Assembly (NCBI GenBank): GCA_043804895.1
Contig: JAZDIN010000025.1
Location: 36,764 to 100,763, forward strand
Length of the DNA: 64,000 nucleotides
Direction of reading: 5' to 3'
Source: Candidatus Altiarchaeota archaeon
GTDB lineage: Archaea; Altiarchaeota; Altiarchaeia; IMC4; SCGC-AAA252-I15
Of the stretch, positions 58,171-64,000 are shown one piece after another. Within the stretch, counting starts at the first letter, position 1. Every line of letters begins with the position of its first letter. The notes under the pieces were generated by a model, which made no database searches, was not told the DNA's origin, and saw only the letters and a program-made list of their open reading frames with translations. Position numbers and translations under genes: made by a program.

Positions 58171-59109
58171 CTACTTCAACAGGGCGAGCCTCGCCAGTAG
58201 TGCCTCAAGTTGTATTCGTTCGTTCGCGCCTTCCACCAGGGTGAAGTTCGCCTCCCCGACGAGGTCTATTATCCTCACCTTCACCTTGTCGTCTGCGTCG
58301 AGGTTCATGGCCTCCCGGTTCATCTGCAGGAGTATGTCTTCGCCGCTGAGGCCTACGTTCAGCATCAGTTTGTCGAGGAGGTTTCTGGCGTCCAGGAACT
58401 TCCCATCCAAAGCTAGCTTGAGTATCGTCTTTATGTCCTCAGGCCTCGCCCTTGTGGTTATCGCATACACGTTCTCCTCGTTGACAGCGCCTAAGGCGGC
58501 GGCGCTCTGGAGTATGTTTATGGCCTTTCTCATGTCTCCTTCGCTGACGTAGACTATCGCCTCAAGGCCGTTCTGGTCGTGTTTTATGTTCTCGTGTTTC
58601 AATATCTTCTCCAGGTACTTCTTCACCGACTCCTTCGTGAGTCTGGTGAACCTGAACACCGCGCACCTGCTTTGTATCGGCTCGATTATCTTCGATGAAT
58701 AGTTGCATGACAGTATGAACCTGCACGTTGCGGTGTACTGTTCCATCGTCCTCCTCAGGGCGTTTTGGGCGTCGCTTGTCAGCGAGTCTGACTCGTCCAG
58801 GAATATTATCTTATACTCCCCCATCAGCGGCTTCGTCCTTGCGAAATCCTTTATCTTGTTCCTGACGACGTCAATGCCACGCTCATCAGAGGCGTTCAAC
58901 TCCAGGAAATCATGGCTTATGTCGCCGAATAGTTCCCTTGCAATGCACATCGCAGCCGTCGTCTTCCCGACGCCTGCAGGCCCTGCGAACATCAGATGAG
59001 GCATGCTCTTAGCCTTCACATAAGCCTCCAGACGGCCTACTATCCCCTCCTGGCCGGCTATCTCCGAAAGTCTCTTAGGCCGGTACTTCTCAGTCCAAGG
59101 CAGGTCCAT
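58171..59109 (-). CDS. rfcS: Replication factor C small subunit (no intein)
   Basis: 'PWTEKYRP', 'GPAGVGKT', 'LELNASDERGID', 'SRC'. Confidence 0.97.
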   Translation of the reverse strand: MDLPWTEKYRPKRLSEIAGQEGIVGRLEAYVKAKSMPHLMFAGPAGVGKTTAAMCIARELFGDISHDFLELNASDERGIDVVRNKIKDFARTKPLMGEYKIIFLDESDSLTSDAQNALRRTMEQYTATCRFILSCNYSSKIIEPIQSRCAVFRFTRLTKESVKKYLEKILKHENIKHDQNGLEAIVYVSEGDMRKAINILQSAAALGAVNEENVYAITTRARPEDIKTILKLALDGKFLDARNLLDKLMLNVGLSGEDILLQMNREAMNLDADDKVKVRIIDLVGEANFTLVEGANERIQLEALLARLALLK

Positions 59110-59182
59110 ATCCCTAATTAATGGTCATGGTAGTTAAAGAACATTCTATCCTGTTTTTTAATTTAGGTGAATAATACTTTCC

Positions 59183-59773
59183 ATGCCAATGAAACCCAGA
59201 AGGAGGGGGCTCGTTGGCCTGGATACTCTCATACTTTTTATCGCAATCCTACTGGCGGTGTCAGTCGCAGCTTATGCCCTCATATCAACCACCAACACGC
59301 TTTCAGTGCGCAACCAGAGGGAGGTGGCAGAGAAGTCCAAGAATATACAAAAGCCAATAATAATAGAGTCTGTCAGGGGTTTGGACAATAATGATGACAA
59401 ACGTATGGATGAGTTGGTGTTTTCAATGAGGCTTCAGGAGAGCAGCGAACCAATCAACCTTAACAGCACGATCGTGATCATAAACTCTAGGACCTTAAAC
59501 TGCACCAGCCTCGAATATGAAGACGGCTTATCGGACGGCTGTCACTTCACGATATTTTACGGGAAGCGCGGACGCGACTATAGTTACCCCTATCTGAACA
59601 TTGGCGACCTCGTCGAGATACACTATAATGGTTCAGGCATTCAACCAGGCGTCGACGACTCGCATGCAAGCATGATACTCCTCCCCCCACACGGGTACGG
59701 GACTAATGTGAAAGTCGATATCCCCTCCAGATTCTACAAAAGGAACACGGTCATATGGCCGCTAAAAGACTGA
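59183..59773 (+). CDS. Archaellin-like protein with class III signal peptide
   Basis: 'RRRG|LVGLDTLILFIAILLAVSVAAYALI..T..L', 'I.LN.T.I', 'LN.GD.V.I'. Confidence 0.8.
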   Translation: MPMKPRRRGLVGLDTLILFIAILLAVSVAAYALISTTNTLSVRNQREVAEKSKNIQKPIIIESVRGLDNNDDKRMDELVFSMRLQESSEPINLNSTIVIINSRTLNCTSLEYEDGLSDGCHFTIFYGKRGRDYSYPYLNIGDLVEIHYNGSGIQPGVDDSHASMILLPPHGYGTNVKVDIPSRFYKRNTVIWPLKD

Positions 59774-59815
59774 TTTGAGTTTTTTACCTGGTTTCTCAGA
59801 ATATATCCTCCTAAA

Positions 59816-59847
59816 ATCAAATACCGCACCCTTAAGGGTGCGGTATG
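59816..59847 (-). repeat. 32-nt hairpin element (module X), copy 2
   Basis: CATACCGCACCCTTAAGGGTGCGGTATTTGAT on the minus strand; includes the perfect 26-bp palindrome 59821-59846. Confidence 0.65.
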
Positions 59848-59854
59848 ACTTACA

Positions 59855-59914
59855 ATGTGGCCGAGACAAATGTCTCGGACACACACCGGAGGCTAAGAGC
59901 CTCCGATGTGATAC
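59855..59914 (+). repeat. Double-hairpin element (module Y), copy 2
   Basis: Shares ATGTGrCCGAGA....TGTCTCGGACACACACC...TGTGA.AC with 3469-3526. Confidence 0.8.
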
Positions 59915-60025
59915 GCTCAAAATGCCAAATACTCAAACAAGTAAAGGAGGTGCATATGCAAGAGTGGAATTCGTCGTAATTCCTCTGCGACATAAATGTT
60001 GCAGTATCCTTGCGAGTTTGTAATG
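59913..60025 (+). promoter_or_regulatory. Structured 5' leader element (module Z), copy 2, upstream of ileS
   Basis: Homologous to 15017-15143(-); AGGAGGTG at 59945-59952; stem GCAAG/CTTGC; ends TTTGTAATG. Confidence 0.7.
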
Positions 60026-63000
60026 GTTGTCGAATCTGTGAGTGACTTTGATCCGAAGGCTCTTGAGGAGCGCATACTCGAGTATTGGCGCAAGAACAAG
60101 GTGATGGAGGAGACCCTGAAGCCCCGGAAGGGCGAACTATTCTCCTTCCTTGAGGGCCCTCCGACAGCCAACGCTTCACCAGCGCTACACCACGTGGAGG
60201 TGCGCACATTCAAGGACCTCATCAACCGATTCAACTTCATGCTCGGATGCTCTGTGCCAAGGAAAGCGGGGTGGGACTGCCATGGCCTCCCGGTGGAAGT
60301 GCAGGTTGAAAAGGAACTTAAGCTCAACAGCAAGAAGGAGATAGTGAAGTACGGGGTTGACAGATTCGTTGACATGTGCCGGCAGAGCGTCTTCAGCCAC
60401 ATCAAGGAGTGGGATGCGCTCACTGAGAGGATGGCGTACTGGGTCGACTTGGAGAACCCGTATGTCACAATGGACAACGAATACATAGAGAGCGTCTGGT
60501 GGAGCATAAAGAAGCTATGGGACAATAAAATGCTGTACGAGGGCGACCGGGTGGTGCCATTGTGCCCGCGATGCGGCACGCCGTTATCGTCTCACGAGGT
60601 CGCCTTAGGATATCAGACGGTTAAAGAGGAGACAGTCATCGTTTCATTCCGGGCTAAAGGAAGGGATTTCGGCATTCTAGCATGGACTACCACTCCGTGG
60701 ACACTACTTAGCAACGTAGCACTAGCAGTCCACCCTGATGTGACATACGTTGTGATAAAATACAACGGCGAAAAGTACGTTCTCGGCAAAGACCTCGCTG
60801 AAAAAAGGTTCCCCGAGGCGGAGATTGTCGGGAAGATGAAAGGCAAAGACCTCGTTGGAGTGGAATATCACCCTCTCTTCAACCACTTCATAGGAAAACT
60901 GGATAAGCCAGCCTGGAGGGTGATATCAGGCGACTTCGTTACAACCGAAGAGGGTACTGGGATAGTCCATATTGCTCCAGCCTTCGGTGAGGACGACTAC
61001 AACGTTGGTGTCAAAAATGGCATGCCTGTGATAAACCCGGTTGACGTTGAGGGCAAGTTCACATCAGACGTGCCTGAGCTCGCCGGGACCTTCGTCAAGG
61101 ACGCTGACCCCAAGATAATAGGATGGCTTGACGAGATGGGCCTCCTGATAGCGCACTACCCATACGAGCACGAGTACCCCTTCTGTTGGAGGTGTAAGAC
61201 GCCGCTACTCTACTATTCGATGAAGTCTTGGTTCATCAAAGTCAGCCAGTGTGTGCCGAAGCTTGTTGAACAGAACAATAAGGTAAAATGGTATCCTGAA
61301 ACGATAGGTTCAGGTCGTTTCGGCAACTGGGTTGAGAACGCCAGGGACTGGAGCCTAAGCCGCAACCGATTCTGGGGGACTCCTCTGCCCATATGGCAAT
61401 GCCATTGCGGGCAGGCTAAGGTCATCGGCTCAAGGCAGGAGCTTGAGGAGAACGCAACAACCAAGATGAAGCCTGAAATGGACCTACACAGACCCCACGT
61501 GGACGAAGTCAAACTACGGTGCAAATGCGGCGGGGAAATGAAAAGAGTAGAATACGTCATAGACTGCTGGTACGACTCCGGCGCTGCAACATTCGCTCAG
61601 TTCCACTACCCCTTCGAAAACAAAGAACTGTTCGAAAAAAGCTTCCCCTACGACTTCATATGCGAGGCCACAGATCAAACGAGAGGTGGGTTCTACACGC
61701 TTCTTGTCATCTCTGCACTGATTTTCGATAAACCTGCGTATAAGAGCTGCGTCGTAGGCGGCCTCCTACTTGACGACAAGGGGGAGAAGATGAGCAAGAG
61801 CAACAAGAATATTATAGACCCCTGGCAGCTGTTCAACACGTTCGGCGCCGATGCAGTGAGGCTTCAGATGTGCTCAACCGCCCCATGGAACTCCAAGAGG
61901 TTCGGGCAAGACAGCATGAACGAGTCAGTGATACCTATGCTCCGTACACTCTGGAACTGCTACTCGTTCACAGCCCGCTATATGCTCCTTGACGGCTTCG
62001 ACCCCAAAGAGAACAAACTGGATGAAAGGTACCTTTCTCTCGAGGACAAGTGGGTGCTAGCAGCAGCAGACTCCATGGTAAGCTCAGTAACAGAATCCCT
62101 CACACTACACGAATACCACCACGCCCTAGCGAGGATTTACAATTTCATAGTCGAGGACCTCTCTCGCTGGTACATCAAGATAATACGGGACAGGCTCTGG
62201 CTAGAGGATAAGGAAGGCAGAATCAACCCATCCAAAAAGGCAGCCTACATGACCTTGACCGCAGTGTTCGAGAAGGTCTGTCTCACAATGGCTCCGCTTG
62301 CGCCTTTCACAAGCGAGGAGATATTCCTGAATCTCGTCAGAAAAGAAGGCAATAGCATACACCACATGAGCTGGCCTAAGCCGAAGAAGCCTGATGAGAG
62401 AATCCTCAGGGAGATGAAGATAGTCCGCGCGATATTCGAGGCAGGCAGCAAATGCCGCCAGGATGCGAAGATAAAGCTGCGCTACCCGATAAGGAAGGTC
62501 ACGGTCTCAGGCGACGCCCACATAAAAGGGGCAGTGGAAGAACTTAGTGGGATAATAACAAAGCAGCTCAACTGCAAGGAAGTGGAGTTCGTCTCAACCC
62601 TCCCTGAAATCAGCTACGCCGCTGTGCCTGACTTCAAAATCATAGGCCCGAAGCTAGGGAAAGACGCAGGCCGTGTAGCGCAGCTGATAAAGTCGAATCC
62701 GATGGAAGCCAAGAAGATAAAGGAGTCTAAGAAGTCTGGGAAAATAGGCGACACCGAAGTTGAGCCTGAGATGGTTTCTGAGATAAAACTCATAATATCA
62801 GAGAAGTACGCTGCAGCCAACTTCACCCACGGCCAATCAGCTGGAATAGTCCTCATAGAAACAGCCAGGGACAAAAGCCTCCAGAACGAAGCCCTAGCAA
62901 GGGACCTGATAAGGAACATCCAGGAGTTGAGGAAGAAGAACAACCTAAACGAGCTGCAGAGAATCAAAGTCAAGGTCTCAAAGACCCGGGAAGTGGAAGA

Positions 63001-63133
63001 AATGCTCACAGAATTCAAGGACATCATCCTCAGGGAAGTGAGAGGAGACTCCATAGAACTGTCAAAAGACATAAAATCACCCGAATGCCTGAAATACGAG
63101 GGCGAGACGGTCTGCTACGAGATAGCCTACTAA
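60023..63133 (+). CDS. ileS: Isoleucine--tRNA ligase (type 2, archaeal/eukaryote-like)
   Basis: 'GPPTAN', 'GWDCHGLPVE', 'WTTTPWTL', 'GTGIVHIAP', 'DWSLSRNRFWG', 'KMSKS'; the HIGH motif reads ALHH. Confidence 0.97.
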   Translation: MVVESVSDFDPKALEERILEYWRKNKVMEETLKPRKGELFSFLEGPPTANASPALHHVEVRTFKDLINRFNFMLGCSVPRKAGWDCHGLPVEVQVEKELKLNSKKEIVKYGVDRFVDMCRQSVFSHIKEWDALTERMAYWVDLENPYVTMDNEYIESVWWSIKKLWDNKMLYEGDRVVPLCPRCGTPLSSHEVALGYQTVKEETVIVSFRAKGRDFGILAWTTTPWTLLSNVALAVHPDVTYVVIKYNGEKYVLGKDLAEKRFPEAEIVGKMKGKDLVGVEYHPLFNHFIGKLDKPAWRVISGDFVTTEEGTGIVHIAPAFGEDDYNVGVKNGMPVINPVDVEGKFTSDVPELAGTFVKDADPKIIGWLDEMGLLIAHYPYEHEYPFCWRCKTPLLYYSMKSWFIKVSQCVPKLVEQNNKVKWYPETIGSGRFGNWVENARDWSLSRNRFWGTPLPIWQCHCGQAKVIGSRQELEENATTKMKPEMDLHRPHVDEVKLRCKCGGEMKRVEYVIDCWYDSGAATFAQFHYPFENKELFEKSFPYDFICEATDQTRGGFYTLLVISALIFDKPAYKSCVVGGLLLDDKGEKMSKSNKNIIDPWQLFNTFGADAVRLQMCSTAPWNSKRFGQDSMNESVIPMLRTLWNCYSFTARYMLLDGFDPKENKLDERYLSLEDKWVLAAADSMVSSVTESLTLHEYHHALARIYNFIVEDLSRWYIKIIRDRLWLEDKEGRINPSKKAAYMTLTAVFEKVCLTMAPLAPFTSEEIFLNLVRKEGNSIHHMSWPKPKKPDERILREMKIVRAIFEAGSKCRQDAKIKLRYPIRKVTVSGDAHIKGAVEELSGIITKQLNCKEVEFVSTLPEISYAAVPDFKIIGPKLGKDAGRVAQLIKSNPMEAKKIKESKKSGKIGDTEVEPEMVSEIKLIISEKYAAANFTHGQSAGIVLIETARDKSLQNEALARDLIRNIQELRKKNNLNELQRIKVKVSKTREVEEMLTEFKDIILREVRGDSIELSKDIKSPECLKYEGETVCYEIAY

Positions 63134-63180
63134 GAGACCTTTTTTATACCCTAAATACCTACTATATATTCCGCTTTAAG

Positions 63181-63465
63181 ATGAAAGGTTCCCACGGTAT
63201 CAGACGGAGGACTAGGCAGTTGAGTGTCAAGCCCAGGATGAAGGGGAAGGTCAGCATACGCTCTAGACTCCAGAAGTTCCAGGACGCAGATACCGTTTCC
63301 ATACGGATAAACCCGGCATACCAGGCCATACCGCATCCCCGATTCAACGGCCGCACTGGGAAGGTCGTTGGCACACAGGGGAGGGCGTATTTGATTGCAA
63401 TCGTTGACGGAACTAAGCCGAAGCGCATTCTGGTGACTCCGGAGCATCTGAGGAGGATGGGGTAA
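63181..63465 (+). CDS. rpl21e: 50S ribosomal protein L21e
   Basis: 'SHG.RR.TR', 'PHPRFNGRTG.V.G..GRAY', 'PEHL'. Confidence 0.95.
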   Translation: MKGSHGIRRRTRQLSVKPRMKGKVSIRSRLQKFQDADTVSIRINPAYQAIPHPRFNGRTGKVVGTQGRAYLIAIVDGTKPKRILVTPEHLRRMG

Positions 63466-63809
63466 TGAACGTCTTAGAAGAGAAGCCGGTCGCTCTCACT
63501 GATGTTTCCGCGATACTGAAGGAGAAGGATAAGGACTACACCGAGCGTGGCACAGAGTTGACGTACGAGCAGAAGCGTGCGTTCGAGCATGCGCAGAAGT
63601 TCAGCAAGGTCAGCGTCAAGGACGCTCAGGAGATGTCAGCAAAGCTAGCGGAACTTGGCATAACACTGAGCGACGATAGGATAGTCAAGATAATAGACCT
63701 GATGCCGAAGTCAGTCGATGACATCAGGGCGATTTTCGCAAAGGAGCGCTTCAAATACTCGGAAGAGGAGATCAAGAAGATTACTGACGTAGTTGATCAG
63801 TACCGTTAA
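63465..63809 (+). CDS. rpoF: RNA polymerase subunit Rpo4/F
   Basis: 'LTYEQ..A.EHA.KF', 'KI.D.MP...D..R.IF'; canonical rpl21e-rpoF-DUF655 order. Confidence 0.92.
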   Translation: MNVLEEKPVALTDVSAILKEKDKDYTERGTELTYEQKRAFEHAQKFSKVSVKDAQEMSAKLAELGITLSDDRIVKIIDLMPKSVDDIRAIFAKERFKYSEEEIKKITDVVDQYR

Positions 63810-63821
63810 GGGGTGGTTCCT

Positions 63822-64000
63822 GTGAAAAAAGACGACTATGCTCGAGTCCTAGATTACCTACCCAAAGGGAAATCAGACGTGCCGCCGCACAAGAGAAAGC
63901 CATTAGTGCAGGCCATAGGCGACAAATACTTCTCTCTTCTGGAGCTTTCCCCAAGGGAAGGTAAATTGTTCGAGCTTGGGGAGAGGATTTACATAGGTGA
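63822..64000 (+). CDS. DUF655-domain protein (runs off the window)
   Basis: Manual translation: VKKDDYARVLDYLPKG...QAIGDKYFSLLEL...GERIYIG. Confidence 0.85.
   Translation, partial: MKKDDYARVLDYLPKGKSDVPPHKRKPLVQAIGDKYFSLLELSPREGKLFELGERIYIG

Noticed and set aside
58171..59109. Intein in rfcS, ileS or the Lon-like ATPase
   Set aside because: Lengths are normal, motifs are contiguous, and no intein splice blocks are present.
59922..60023. Ile-sensing attenuator peptide or T-box ahead of ileS
   Set aside because: The uORF has only two scattered Ile codons, I see no T-box consensus, and the same leader precedes a glycosyltransferase.
59917..60579. 220-aa antisense ORF, and similar long antisense ORFs such as 37259-37927 and 6921-7493
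   Set aside because: They lie opposite well-supported genes and reflect codon bias; no family motifs.

Overview
Archaeal chromosomal segment. It carries rpl40e, rps17e, rpl44e, rps27e, rpl21e, rpoF, gins51, rfcS, archease, an archaellin-like gene and a CCA-less tRNA-Gly(GCC). A DPANN-type lineage such as Altiarchaeota is a low-confidence guess from gene style only. About 46 kb (3662-50046) is one surface-glycosylation region. It encodes an AglH-like GlcNAc-1-P transferase, a GDP-heptose pathway (hddC-gmhB, hddA, gmhA plus transaldolase), many GT4/GT2/GT-C glycosyltransferases, three kinds of flippase and two AsnB-type amidotransferases. It also holds a CDP-sugar operon whose split transketolase is interrupted by a TRAM-less MiaB-like radical SAM gene, and three cobalamin-binding radical SAM genes, one of them HpnJ-like. 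The strongest unexplained signal is non-coding. The 210-nt spacer before ileS (59816-60025) is built from three structured modules, and each has a separate diverged copy elsewhere in the window with compensatory stem changes (2460-2491, 3469-3526, 15017-15143). One module is a leader that places a Shine-Dalgarno-like AGGAGGTG 70-84 nt upstream of the start codon, across a folded domain. IleRS carries a non-canonical ALHH signature in place of HIGH. All calls are from reading motifs by eye; no database searches were run.
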